Shown one piece after another: positions 1 to 10,455 of a stretch of DNA of 64,000 nt. Both the position numbers and the translations under genes were made by a program. Every line of letters starts with the position of its first letter. Positions within the stretch are counted from its first letter, which is position 1. Location: positions 512,001 through 576,000 of the forward strand of contig OZ244922.1 of NCBI GenBank assembly GCA_965221905.1. Direction: 5' to 3'. The notes under the pieces were generated by a model. The model did not search any database. It was not told where the DNA came from and saw only the letters and a program-made list of their open reading frames with translations. This DNA is from Chloroflexota bacterium. GTDB lineage: Bacteria; Chloroflexota; UBA11872; VXOZ01.

Positions 1-1
1 G

Positions 2-622
2 GTCCCAACGAAACCGGCGGCGTTGCCGGTATTGCCGGATGTAATAGGCCCTCAGCCATTGATCGAGAGGCTAAACGAAATCGTCAATGCTGGATACCGT
101 GTGCGGATGACCGACGACGAGTGTGCCGCCATGGCAGACGAGCTTTTGGCAGTGGTCTACGAGCTGCGCGACAAGGTGGCGGCATACTGTCAGCAACTGC
201 CCCAGCCTTGGCCCGCGCAGGCGGCGCGACAGCAGCGGTTGCGGAATGCGCTGCAGGCTCTTGCAGGAATACGCGGACGCTACGGCATTGCCGTGTTCTT
301 CCGTCACGCCTCGCCCGATCTCTTCGACGGCCAGTGGCTGCGCATGCACCTCGGCGAAGAAATAGAAGCGCTGAGTACGCAGTTCTTCAAGGCTCTGATG
401 GATGACAAGAGTGCCGATGATGGACCCATTATCGAGAAGCTCGGTAGCGTGCTGGATGCTTCTGCTGTGCGCACTGTCAGCGGCCTATACGACGCGATTA
501 CGCCTCATGACGACATGAGCGATGCTCGGCTCGATGCATTGATGGCGGTCTGGCCCGAGTACGCCGCGCTGGTGGAAGAGGAATACCAGGCAAAGATCGC
601 CCCGCTATGGCACGAGGCGTGA
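2..622 (+). CDS. Hypothetical protein, C-terminal part (5' end outside window)
   Basis: Frame is open from the window edge to TGA at 620-622, with host-like codon usage; no motif recognised. Confidence 0.6.
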   Translation, partial: VPTKPAALPVLPDVIGPQPLIERLNEIVNAGYRVRMTDDECAAMADELLAVVYELRDKVAAYCQQLPQPWPAQAARQQRLRNALQALAGIRGRYGIAVFFRHASPDLFDGQWLRMHLGEEIEALSTQFFKALMDDKSADDGPIIEKLGSVLDASAVRTVSGLYDAITPHDDMSDARLDALMAVWPEYAALVEEEYQAKIAPLWHEA

Positions 623-683
623 GCCAAGACAGCAGAAATCATCTCTTGCCCTTCCGCGAGGTCATGCCACCTGCCATTGTTGC

Positions 684-2957
684 TCAGGAAACTGGCGGGT
701 AAGAGGCTTTCTCACCGGTAGCGCAGGTTTGCAACCTGCGTCCGCCGCCGACATGCCCACGCACGGGAACCCACTTTGTCTGCGGCCCTAGACCCTCACT
801 TAGAAAAGAGCCGAATTGCCTATCCCGTCTATTAGGGAGCGAAGAAACGATAAATTCAAGCAGGCAGCTCAATTGCGAGATGATTGCATTGCCAAGAGGC
901 GGGGGACAAGCCCCCGCGCTACTTTTGGACAATCGGTGTGGGAGCGAGCTGGCGAGGACAAAAGCGGAGATAGCATTCTCCTTGGTAGCGCAGGTTTGCA
1001 ACCTGCGTCCGCCGCCGACATGCCCACGCACGGGAACCCACTTTCCCTGCATGTCTAGATTCCCGCTCCGTACCGAATACGGGACAGGCTTTGCGCGGAA
1101 GTGACGCTGCCCCTCCGGCTCCCAATTGAAGTCTGCCCGCCGGTTGGAGGCGAGCGAGAAGAACGGCAGTTCGGGTTCAGCACCTTTGTGCCACCAGAGA
1201 AAGCCATCCCACTTGTAGGTAGTCCAGCCGTGCTCGACCGGCCCCGGCACGAGGGTGGACAGGTGGTTGTTGCGGAGCACGAGACCGCAGAAGCGATAGA
1301 GGCCCAGGGGCAGCATCTCCTCAATCCAGTCCGGGCCGATCTTAACCTTGTCGGCGTTTGCTCCGGCAACGACTCTCAGGCAGTCAAGGGCGCCGTCTCG
1401 CCAGGCGTCGTGGATTTCCAGTACGCTTTGCGGCACGCCCGCGCGTGCGACGTGCGAATCGGTATCGGCATCCAGCATCACCCACTTTTCGTGCACAGTG
1501 CTCCAAATCTCCGCCACGAAGTGGCCGTTGTCGTGAAGAGTCGGCTCGGCGGACATCACCCAAAGGCGCGCCGGCCAGCCGAGGGCCAGAGCGCACTGCG
1601 CCATTACCACGGCGTAGTGCGTGCAATAGGCATCGGGTTGCGGCTGACCGTGGCCCCTATCGGCGCGCATCCACGCGAGAATTGTCAGCGCGTCCCACGG
1701 GCAACAGCGCCGAAATTCATGCGGCGCCCGGTGCACCCATTGCACCGCTACCCAGGCGCGCAGCGCCAGTATCTGCTCCCACTGCGTCTCTCCGCCCGCA
1801 ATGATCTCATCAAGCCGCTCCTGTTCGCGTAAAAGACCTAACTTCGGCTCTGCTGGGTCTTGGCGCGTAAAGACAAATGAAGGCGCTAGTCTATGCTGCG
1901 TTGCGGGGAGTCTGTGCACGTGTATTGGTCTTTTGTCACCTTTGTTATCGAAGATGGAAACGCTGCGGATCACTGGCGTCTCACCGCCGGTGACGGTAGT
2001 AAGTTCGGCTTGCCACTGCACATATGGGCCGACCGTAAGCGATGATTCCGCCACCGAGAGTCCGTCATTCCCGCGAAAGCGGGAATCCATGTCTTCACTT
2101 AGCGCCACAACGCTGGAGCTTAATGCACTCCAGGCAGTACCTTCGAGCTCCGGTGATTTGCTGCTACGGCAACGCAATACCACCCCGTTGCCTGGTGATG
2201 TTTCTGCATGCCACTGGATGCTGATTGGCAAAGTCGCAGGGCCGTCTTCAGCATCGCCTGCAAGGATGGCGGCACGAGGTTCGCTATAGGCGCTCGTAGC
2301 AGGGCGTGTGTTCGCATCATGCATCGCTTGCTCAAGATTGATAACCGGCCCGGTGAGCAAGCCCTGCGCCGGATGTTCCCGCACGCGCAGGCGTACCACA
2401 TACTCGCCGCACAACGCGCCTTCCAGGCCGAGGCCCGTTGCGCTCCATGACCGTCCACCGTCCGTGCTCTTGCGGCTGTGTTTGTTGGGGACGCTTGTGT
2501 CTACTGCGAGAATCCAGGCCTGGGCGGCAGGACTTTCACAGGCAAAGCGAATGCTGTTTTGCCCCGGAAGCAGCCACGCTGCCGGAATCCTCACGTGGTA
2601 CCAGGCAAATTCGCCGGCCAAAGGCGTGCCGGGTTCCACGGCTTGGGTATGACCGTTGACCGTGACCAGCAGCGGCCAGCGATTGTCCTGCTCCTCGCGG
2701 GCAAAGAAGTAGCAGTCAGCCCACTGGGGGAGAGTCTGTCCCAGCGCAAAGCACACTTGGGCTTGGACGTGTTGAAATAGCTCCTCACCGTGTTGCGTGG
2801 AGAACGCTCCCGGCTCATGAGTGATCAAGTGGCTGGCGGCGAGACGCACCGCGCCCATGTAATCGATTGCAATGCCGCCGTCTCGCGCGCACGTTTCCCA
2901 ATCAGCCGGTTCGGACCAAATCAGCATGAGAATCGACCTCTCGAATGCATTACTCAA
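684..2957 (-). CDS. Transglutaminase-like domain protein; last ~140 aa are read-through into repeat DNA
   Basis: Cys-His-Asp triad pattern (AYCTHYA...GHFVAEIW...WVMLDAD); C-terminus translates REP repeats (KWVPVRGHVGGGRRLQTCAT twice). Confidence 0.7.
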   Translation of the reverse strand: MSNAFERSILMLIWSEPADWETCARDGGIAIDYMGAVRLAASHLITHEPGAFSTQHGEELFQHVQAQVCFALGQTLPQWADCYFFAREEQDNRWPLLVTVNGHTQAVEPGTPLAGEFAWYHVRIPAAWLLPGQNSIRFACESPAAQAWILAVDTSVPNKHSRKSTDGGRSWSATGLGLEGALCGEYVVRLRVREHPAQGLLTGPVINLEQAMHDANTRPATSAYSEPRAAILAGDAEDGPATLPISIQWHAETSPGNGVVLRCRSSKSPELEGTAWSALSSSVVALSEDMDSRFRGNDGLSVAESSLTVGPYVQWQAELTTVTGGETPVIRSVSIFDNKGDKRPIHVHRLPATQHRLAPSFVFTRQDPAEPKLGLLREQERLDEIIAGGETQWEQILALRAWVAVQWVHRAPHEFRRCCPWDALTILAWMRADRGHGQPQPDAYCTHYAVVMAQCALALGWPARLWVMSAEPTLHDNGHFVAEIWSTVHEKWVMLDADTDSHVARAGVPQSVLEIHDAWRDGALDCLRVVAGANADKVKIGPDWIEEMLPLGLYRFCGLVLRNNHLSTLVPGPVEHGWTTYKWDGFLWWHKGAEPELPFFSLASNRRADFNWEPEGQRHFRAKPVPYSVRSGNLDMQGKWVPVRGHVGGGRRLQTCATKENAISAFVLASSLPHRLSKSSAGACPPPLGNAIISQLSCLLEFIVSSLPNRRDRQFGSFLSEGLGPQTKWVPVRGHVGGGRRLQTCATGEKASYPPVS
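717..1044. repeat. Two 61-bp direct copies (717-777, 984-1044) of a GTAG-type REP element
   Basis: GGTAGCGCAGGTTTGCAACCTGCGTCC... repeated exactly; the same core recurs at 22071, 22178, 23500-23640 and 49459. Confidence 0.9.
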
Positions 2958-3284
2958 CCTAGTCTAACTGGCACTAGCACTGTAGGCGAATTGAGTGAGG
3001 CCCTTCGGTGCGGCACCCCTAGGCACTACTAGCCCGTTAACGCTCTTAATTTGAGACTTTACTCGTCTCTGAAGTTAAGGCGCGCCTAGGCAGTGGGCAG
3101 AAACAGAGTGAAAAGAACATACCCATAGCGAACGTGTCTGCATTAGAAAGTGCAGCCGCCTCTGGCTTGCTCAATCATATAGTTTGTGCCCTCCATGAAG
3201 ATGGATTCCCGCTTGCGCAGGATTGTAAATGTTGAATAATTCGTTGACAGAATTCGCTTTCCACCAGGCAGCGTTGACCGGTTA

Positions 3285-3410
3285 TGTCATTCCGAGCGGG
3301 CAGCGGCCCCGTGCAAAACACGGGGAGGAACTGGACTCCATGTCGCACCAAGTCCAATAGGCTCAGCACTCTAGATTCCTCCCTGCGCTGCGCTCCGCTC
3401 GGAATGACAT
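3285..3410. repeat. Composite REP doublet (TGTCATTCCGAGCG...CGCTCGGAATGACA), inverted homologue of 8680-8785
   Basis: Inverted terminal palindromes plus an internal segment nearly identical to the reverse complement of 8710-8760. Confidence 0.8.
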
Positions 3411-3626
3411 TTGTACAAGGCATGCACAACGCTTCGCTAATCTTCTCTTTATTGAATATCTCTCAACGAATTACCTGACACCTACAGGAATGACGACAAA
3501 TCGCTCGCTCGGCAGGTACAATTCCTCGTTCGCAGGCGTACTTGATTTAGAGGCACTTTGCTTGTAATGCCAGTCAATGAACGAGTACAGTACAAGTGTG
3601 CAAATATGAACTGAGGAGCAATCACC

Positions 3627-4949
3627 ATGGCGGTAGCGGCAATTGCAGAAGTGGGAGAGGCCATTGCAACGCAGCCTGTCATCGATACGCACGAGCACAC
3701 GTTTTCCGAGGACAACCGGCGGCAACGGCCGCTCGATCTTCTTTCCTCTGAAATGCATCACTACGTAGGCAGCGACCTGGTTTCCGCCGGTTTGACACCG
3801 GCCGAACAGGCGCAGATGTACGACCAAGACCGGGATCTCGCCGACCGCTGGGAAATCTTCTTGCGCTACTGGCGCTATGCGCGGACGACGGGCTACGGCA
3901 AAGCATTGCATATTGCCTGTCGCGATCTCTTTGGAGTGGACGATCTCATGTCGGCGGGGCCGTCGCTTGACGGCTATCGGCGTGTTAATGAGCAATTGAC
4001 AGCTTCGAAACAGCATGAAGCATGGTACCGGCACATCCTACGCGAGCGCGGGAACATCGTGCTGGCAATCCCCGACGTGCAGTCCACGCAGGTGGACAAG
4101 ACGCTGTTTGCGCCGGCCATGCGCTTCGACTCTTTTATAACTGCGGGAAGCCGTGCCGGTGTTTCGGCGTTGGAGCGCCAGACCGGCCGAAGCATCTACG
4201 ATCTCGACGACCATGTGTCTGCCTTGGGCGTTGCCTTTGCCAAGGCCAAGGAAGAAGGCATGGTAACCGTGAAGAGCGGGCTGGCCTACCGGCGCATTTT
4301 GAGCTACGACAACGTGCCGCGCTCTGCCGCGGAGCAACTCTTCGCGCAAGTAGTCGCTGGCACCAGGGCGCAGGGCGGCGGCATGACCCAAGACGGTTTA
4401 TCCTTTACGGAATGCAAGCCGCTGCAGGACTACATGATGCACCAGGTGGTGCGACTCTGTATCGAGAACCGCATTCCTATGCAGATTCACACTGGCCTGC
4501 ATGCGGGCAACGGCAACATCATCACGAATAGCAACCCGACGCACTTGGTGAACCTCTTCATCCAGTATCCGCAGGCGCGTTTCGACATCTTCCACGCCGG
4601 CTACCCGTACCAGAGCGAACTCGCCACGCTCGCAAAGAATTTCCAGAACGTCTACGTCGACCTCTGCTGGGTGCACATCATCAGCCCGTACGTGGCGCGG
4701 GCGACGTTGCACGAATGGCTGGAGACCATACCCCACAACAAGATCTTTGGCTTTGGGGGCGACTACGGTCCTGTCGAACTGGCGTACGGACACAGTGTGA
4801 TGGCGCGGGAAAACGTCGCCCGGGTGCTGAGCGAAAAGGTGGAGGAAGGGCTCTATTCTGTAGACCAAGCCATAATCGTTGGCGCCCGGCTGCTCCACGA
4901 CAATGCCAATGAATTCTTCGGGCTTGGGAAAGAGAATCTCATCTCGTGA
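3627..4949 (+). CDS. Amidohydrolase-superfamily metal-dependent hydrolase
   Basis: DTHEH metal motif, QIHTG, FHAGYPY, FGGDY; GAGGAG RBS. Confidence 0.85.
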   Translation: MAVAAIAEVGEAIATQPVIDTHEHTFSEDNRRQRPLDLLSSEMHHYVGSDLVSAGLTPAEQAQMYDQDRDLADRWEIFLRYWRYARTTGYGKALHIACRDLFGVDDLMSAGPSLDGYRRVNEQLTASKQHEAWYRHILRERGNIVLAIPDVQSTQVDKTLFAPAMRFDSFITAGSRAGVSALERQTGRSIYDLDDHVSALGVAFAKAKEEGMVTVKSGLAYRRILSYDNVPRSAAEQLFAQVVAGTRAQGGGMTQDGLSFTECKPLQDYMMHQVVRLCIENRIPMQIHTGLHAGNGNIITNSNPTHLVNLFIQYPQARFDIFHAGYPYQSELATLAKNFQNVYVDLCWVHIISPYVARATLHEWLETIPHNKIFGFGGDYGPVELAYGHSVMARENVARVLSEKVEEGLYSVDQAIIVGARLLHDNANEFFGLGKENLIS

Positions 4950-5010
4950 ACAGGTACGGACGTGGCGGGGGAAAAGCCCCAGCGCTACTGAGGGGGTGTG
5001 TGAAAAGGGT

Positions 5011-5112
5011 GCCCGTTCATCCTTCGACAGGCTCAGGACGAACGGGGTAGAAGCAAAATTCGTCGGAAAAGCCACAATCCGTTCGTGGTGAGCTTGTCGA
5101 ACTATGAACGGA
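5011..5112. repeat. REP doublet (CCTTCGACAGGCTCAGGACGAACGG family)
   Basis: Inverted pair; the family recurs at ~12191 and ~26365. Confidence 0.75.
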
Positions 5113-5222
5113 CAGTGCGGCTGGGAGCTTCACACACCTTCTTAGGAAAAGCGCTTGCGCGTGTACCGGTCCGACTTTCACAAATATGAACATGGTTTTT
5201 GCTACAACGTGAGAGGTCATCT

Positions 5223-6764
5223 GTGAACGAACAAAGCACCAACGGCAATAGCGGCGACTCTAGCCAGAAGCAACCGAATGTGCTTTTCCTCATGGCCGAC
5301 CAGATGCGGTGGGACGTGCTCAGTTGCGCGGGCCATCCGATTTGTAAGACTCCCGTGCTCGACGGCATGGCGGCACGAGGCGTGCACTTTGCTAACTTCT
5401 ACACCGCGGCCCCGACTTGTACCCCCGCCCGCTACTCGATCTTCAGTGGGCGGCACGTCCACGTCCATAACGGCTGGAGCAACGGCTGGCCCACGCAGGA
5501 TGGTGAGGTTTTTCTCCCCTCCATTCTACAGCACTACGGCTACGCGACGGCTATCGCCGGAAAACTGCACTTCGCGCCAAAGGAATATTCATTCGGCTTT
5601 GACGATTTTCGTTCGTTTCGCGCCGAGGGTCCGACACCGGAAAGAGGCTACGACGCCTATATGACGGGGAAGTACGGCGAGTACACGCGCGATAGGATCG
5701 AAGAAGGCACGGGGGGTAGAGGGGTGGGGCGATTCGCCGATCCGCCGGAAGATTACGATACGAGTTGGATTACGACTCAGACCCTTGAGGCTCTGGACGT
5801 GCTCGAAGAGAGTGGAAAGCCGTGGTTTCTCTTTTCCAGCTACCATGATCCCCATTCCCCCTTCGTCGAGCCCGAGCCGTATTTCTCTATGTACGATCGG
5901 GAATCCATCCCGCTGCGTAAGATTCCGCCCGAAATACGCAGGCTGCGCAGGGACGCGCGCGGCACACAGGAACGTGCCCACGTGATCGATGATCCGGAAG
6001 TAGTGCAAGCGGTTACGGCGATGTACTATGCAGCCACCACGCACGTGGACCACGATATCGGCATCCTCATGGCTGCACTTGAGGAACGCGGCCTGGCAGA
6101 CAACACAATCGTGCTCTTCCTCTCCGACCATGGCGACATGATGGGTGATCGCGGTCGGATGAATAAACAGGTGATGTACGAAGGCGCGGCGCACGTGCCG
6201 CTCGTTGTGCAGGTCCCAAAGTCCATCCACCCGGCACTGAATCCGGGTCGTGTGGTTGACGAGATCACCGGCCACGTGGACATTGTGCCTACCGTGCTCG
6301 AGCTTTGCAGCCTTCCCATCCCACAGGGCGTGCAGGGCAAGAGCCTCGTGCCATTGTGTGCCGGCAACGCCGCAGGCTGGCCCAATGAGGCGTTCTCATC
6401 GGTGCGGGCTGCGCCGTTCGTGCGCCAGGAAGCGTATATGGTTGGCAAGAAGCGTATGTTGCGCACGCCTGAGTACAAATTGATAGACTACGGCGCGGAC
6501 TTCCGCACGCGGTGGGCGCTCTACGACATGGCTGAGGACCCTACAGAGATGCACAACCTGGCTGACGATCCTGCGCACAGCTCCGTTCTGAGTGCGCTGG
6601 CGGCGCGGCTTGATGAGTGGCAGGCCGAAACGCCCTCACCAGTAAAAGTGCCCGGCATGCCCACACCGAGCTACTCGTACATCCCCGCGGAACGCCGAGC
6701 GGAATTGGACGCGGCTAGGGAGGCGAACATGCGCCGTTCGGCGGCGCGGCGCTGGCCGCAGTAG
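5223..6764 (+). CDS. Sulfatase (Cys-type, choline-sulfatase-like)
   Basis: PNVLFLMADQ, CTPAR (CxPxR), GKLH, PHSPF, SDHGD motifs; GTG start after GAGAGG. Confidence 0.92.
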   Translation: MNEQSTNGNSGDSSQKQPNVLFLMADQMRWDVLSCAGHPICKTPVLDGMAARGVHFANFYTAAPTCTPARYSIFSGRHVHVHNGWSNGWPTQDGEVFLPSILQHYGYATAIAGKLHFAPKEYSFGFDDFRSFRAEGPTPERGYDAYMTGKYGEYTRDRIEEGTGGRGVGRFADPPEDYDTSWITTQTLEALDVLEESGKPWFLFSSYHDPHSPFVEPEPYFSMYDRESIPLRKIPPEIRRLRRDARGTQERAHVIDDPEVVQAVTAMYYAATTHVDHDIGILMAALEERGLADNTIVLFLSDHGDMMGDRGRMNKQVMYEGAAHVPLVVQVPKSIHPALNPGRVVDEITGHVDIVPTVLELCSLPIPQGVQGKSLVPLCAGNAAGWPNEAFSSVRAAPFVRQEAYMVGKKRMLRTPEYKLIDYGADFRTRWALYDMAEDPTEMHNLADDPAHSSVLSALAARLDEWQAETPSPVKVPGMPTPSYSYIPAERRAELDAAREANMRRSAARRWPQ

Positions 6765-6918
6765 GCCGTCGAAGTCGCAGTAATTGGGTAGGAAAACGAA
6801 ATTCGGGGCGTAGTTTGAACTTTGACCGTACCCATATACAAGGCGGCTTGAGGATGCGCTTAGCTGTTCTGCGGACCATTAGCACGTCCCCATATTCGCC
6901 CCAACGAGGAGTCACAAC

Positions 6919-8499
6919 GTGAACAAGCAGGCTGGCAACGGCAATGACGAGAGTGGCGCCGCTGAGCGGCCGAACGTGCTCATGATCATGACGGACCAGA
7001 TGCGCTGGGACCTGCTCAGTTGCGGGGGCCATCCGATTTGCAGGACCCCGGTGCTCGACGGCATGGCCGAACGCGGCGTGCGCTTTGCCAATTTCTACAG
7101 CGCGGCGCCGATTTGCACGCCGGCGCGCTACTCGATTTTCAACGGCCGCCACGTCGACGTCCATGACGGCTGGTGGAACGGCCTCCCTACGCGGGATGGC
7201 GAGGTTTTTCTGCCGTCAATCCTGAAGCACTACGGCTATGCGACCGCTATTGCGGGCAAGCTGCATTTCGATCCAGTGGAAGACTCGTTCGGCTTCGATG
7301 ACTTCCGCACGTTTCGCGCCGAGGGACCGACGCCGGAAAGAGGGTACGAAGCGTACATGAAGGGGAAGTACGGCGAACTGAAGCGCGATAGAATCGAGGA
7401 AGGCACCTGCCCGTGGCCGGGCGATCCGCACGGGGGAGGTGTGGGGCGCTTCGCCGACCCGCCGGAAGACAACGATACAAGCTGGACTACGCGGCAGACT
7501 CTCGAGGCGCTTGACGTGCTGGAGCAAAGCGGCAAGCCGTGGTTCCTCTTTTCCAGCTACCATGACCCCCACTCGCCATTCGTCGAGCCTGAGCCGTACT
7601 ACTCGATGTATGATCGGGAGTCCATTCAATTACCCGCAATTCCACCTGACATTGGCAGGCTGCGCAGGGATGCGCGCGGCACGCAGGAAGTGGCGCACTT
7701 GATCGACGATCCGGAGATGCTGCGCGAGATTACGGCGATCTACTACGCGGCGACGACGCACGTGGATGATGACATCGGCATTGTCTTAGCTGAGCTTGAC
7801 AAGCGCGGCCTGACAGAGAACACAATCATCCTCTTCCTTTCCGATCACGGCGACATGATGGGCGACCACGGCCGCATGTTTAAACAGGTGATGCACGAAG
7901 GCGCGACGCACGTGCCGCTGATTGTGCAGGCGCCTGAGTCCATCCTTCCATCGCTGACACCCGGACGTGTGGTGGATGAGGTGACCGGGCACGTAGACAT
8001 TGTGCCAACTGTACTCGACCTCTGCGGCCTGCCGGTCCCGCAGGGCGTGCAGGGCAAGAGTCTGGCGCCATTGTGCGCCGGCAACAGCGCGGGTTGGCCG
8101 AATGAAGCGTTTTCGTGGATGCTCGGCGTGCCGTATACGCGGCAAGAGGCGTACATGCTTGGCAGGAAGCGCATGCTGCGGACGCCGGAGTATAAACTGA
8201 TTGATTACGGAGCCAACTTCCGTACGCGGTGGGAGCTCTATGATATGGCCGCGGACCCCGCGGAGATGCACAATCTGGCTGACGATCCTGCGTACAGCTC
8301 CGTTCTCCGCGCGCTGGCGGCGAGACTCGACGAGTGGGAAGCCGAGACACCTCCACTAGTCCAAGTCCCCGGTATGCCCACGCCAAGCTATTCCTACCTG
8401 ACTGCGGAGCGGCGGGCAGAGTTTACGGCGGCCTGGGATGCCGGTTTGCGCCGTCAGGCCGCATGGCGGTGGCCGACGACTTCATCGAAGTCGCAGTAG
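6919..8499 (+). CDS. Sulfatase, tandem paralogue of 5223-6764
   Basis: Same motifs (CTPAR, SDHGD); high identity to the upstream gene. Confidence 0.92.
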   Translation: MNKQAGNGNDESGAAERPNVLMIMTDQMRWDLLSCGGHPICRTPVLDGMAERGVRFANFYSAAPICTPARYSIFNGRHVDVHDGWWNGLPTRDGEVFLPSILKHYGYATAIAGKLHFDPVEDSFGFDDFRTFRAEGPTPERGYEAYMKGKYGELKRDRIEEGTCPWPGDPHGGGVGRFADPPEDNDTSWTTRQTLEALDVLEQSGKPWFLFSSYHDPHSPFVEPEPYYSMYDRESIQLPAIPPDIGRLRRDARGTQEVAHLIDDPEMLREITAIYYAATTHVDDDIGIVLAELDKRGLTENTIILFLSDHGDMMGDHGRMFKQVMHEGATHVPLIVQAPESILPSLTPGRVVDEVTGHVDIVPTVLDLCGLPVPQGVQGKSLAPLCAGNSAGWPNEAFSWMLGVPYTRQEAYMLGRKRMLRTPEYKLIDYGANFRTRWELYDMAADPAEMHNLADDPAYSSVLRALAARLDEWEAETPPLVQVPGMPTPSYSYLTAERRAEFTAAWDAGLRRQAAWRWPTTSSKSQ

Positions 8500-8679
8500 G
8501 CCGACAGGGCAATGAAACTCAACCAGTGGGATTGGACGATAGCGGCGCCGAGAAAAGAGGGAATTTGCAAACTTGTGTGCATTGCCTTGGTCTGACCCTC
8601 CTACATGTGTGCGGTAGGCCGCTGACAGTCTTGATGGAAGAAGATCGAGATGGCTTACACCTGGCCTGCCTTGTACACA

Positions 8680-8785
8680 TGTCATTCCGAACGGAGCGCA
8701 GCGCAGAGAGGAATCTAGAGTGCTGAGCCTATTGGACTAGGTGCGACTTGGACTCTAGATTCCTCGCTACGCTCGGAATGACATA
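8680..8785. repeat. Composite REP doublet, inverted homologue of 3285-3410
   Basis: TGTCATTCCGAACG...GGAATCTAGAGTGCTGAGCCTATTGGAC...CGCTCGGAATGACA. Confidence 0.8.
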
Positions 8786-8933
8786 AAGGCTGCCCCTATG
8801 ACATAAAGGCTGTCCCGGAATAAAATAAAGTCTAATTTTGCTCAATCCGTAGTCTCATTCAATTTGGACATATATTAAGTACCATAGTCAAAACAACGGC
8901 CAAAGGGTGTCGTGTACCGTATGAGGAGACCAC

Positions 8934-9983
8934 ATGCGCGCACTGTATGCAAATAACCGGGGAGAAACCTACCTGAAAGAGGTGCCGGGCCCTGAGCTTG
9001 GAGAAACCGGAGTTCTGATTGAGACCGTTACCTCGGTGCTGGGCACCGGATCGGAAGTTGGTAACGTGAGCCGCGCCCGCCGGGCCGTGCAAGATGGTAG
9101 CGACCCAGGCGCGTTGAGTGAACGTCCCATGAGCTACCAGTCGGCAGGACGCGTGGTTGCCGTCACACCTGATCTGGAGTCCCACTACGCGCCGGGCGAC
9201 CGTGTGGTAGCGGTGGGCGGCGGCTTTGCGCCCCACGCCGAGCGCGCCTTTCTGACACGGCACAACTTCGCCAAGATCCCGGACGCGTTGGATACGGCGG
9301 AAGCCGCCACCGCGAACATCGGTCTCACCGCGCTGCACGCCATTCGCCGCGCGCAGTTGCTGCCGGGCGAGACTGCCGCCGTGATCGGCATGGGCCTGGT
9401 GGGCCAGATGATCGCCCAGATGGTGCGAATGATGGGCGGCCAAGCCATCGGCATCGACCTCATCCCTTTTCGTTTGGAGAAGGCGCGGGAGCTGGGCATA
9501 GACCTGGCATTGCAGGGCGTCGCGGACACGCTGGCCGCGGCGGTGGCGGACTACACCTGCGGTCTGGGCGTGGACGCATCATTCGTGGCTGCGGGCGGCG
9601 GGCCGGAGCCGGGCCGCTTGGGTATCCGCTTGGTGCGGCACAGCGGACGCGTCATGATGATTGGTGGTCTCGTACCGGACTTCACAGTGGCGCACCCGGA
9701 CGCCAACCCTCACACGAAAGAGATCGACATTCGCTGGGTATTCGGCCGCGGGCCGGGCAGCCGCGACCAGGAGTACCTGCACGCCCGTACCGACTACCCC
9801 AACCGCTTCGTGCAGTGGGACCAGGAGCGTAATCTCTTCGCGTTGCTGCAGATGCAGGCGAGCGGCGGCGTTCGTGTCGGCCCTCTCCTCACGCACCGCT
9901 TCCCGTTTGCCGATGCGCCCAAGGCCGTGGACATTCTCATCGAGCATCCCGATGAGGCGCTGGCCGTCGTGCTGGAGTATTGA
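8934..9983 (+). CDS. MDR-family (zinc-binding-type) dehydrogenase
   Basis: GroES-like N-terminus, GMGLVG Rossmann motif, THRFPF C-terminus. Confidence 0.85.
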   Translation: MRALYANNRGETYLKEVPGPELGETGVLIETVTSVLGTGSEVGNVSRARRAVQDGSDPGALSERPMSYQSAGRVVAVTPDLESHYAPGDRVVAVGGGFAPHAERAFLTRHNFAKIPDALDTAEAATANIGLTALHAIRRAQLLPGETAAVIGMGLVGQMIAQMVRMMGGQAIGIDLIPFRLEKARELGIDLALQGVADTLAAAVADYTCGLGVDASFVAAGGGPEPGRLGIRLVRHSGRVMMIGGLVPDFTVAHPDANPHTKEIDIRWVFGRGPGSRDQEYLHARTDYPNRFVQWDQERNLFALLQMQASGGVRVGPLLTHRFPFADAPKAVDILIEHPDEALAVVLEY

Positions 9984-10095
9984 GCTTGGGCCGGTTGCAA
10001 GTATTTCGTGAATTCTAGTGGAAGTGACTGCAGTCCAGCATGTCAGGCGCACGCTTTAAGCGGCTTCTCTCTTCCCTGAATCGACATGGCAGCGG

Positions 10096-10455
10096 TCAAT
10101 CGAGCAGAATGAGCAGCCATACAGTGGCTGCCGTAGCTAATGAGACCAGTACTGCCGCTGCGGCCATGTCCTTGGCCTTGCGGGAGAGTTCGTGGCGTTC
10201 GGCGCCGATGCGGTCGACGGTCATCTCGATCGCGGCGTTCATCAGCTCAGTCAGGAGTATGAGGAGGAGCGCGCCAATCATCAGCGCGCGCTCGACACCG
10301 TTTTCCCCCAGCCAGAGGGCAAGCGGAGTCATGACCAGGAGTATGAGCACTTCCTGACGGATGGATACCTGGCTGTGGAATGCGTCACGAAACCCTCTGA
10401 GGGCATGCTTGGTCGCTCGCAATAGCCGGAGGATGTCGAACTCGCTGCCTATCAC
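10096..10455 (-). CDS. dgkA: Diacylglycerol kinase
   Basis: ELMNAAIEMTVDRIG...HELSRKAKDMAAAAV signature; three TM helices. Confidence 0.9.
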   Translation of the reverse strand: MIGSEFDILRLLRATKHALRGFRDAFHSQVSIRQEVLILLVMTPLALWLGENGVERALMIGALLLILLTELMNAAIEMTVDRIGAERHELSRKAKDMAAAAVLVSLATAATVWLLILLD

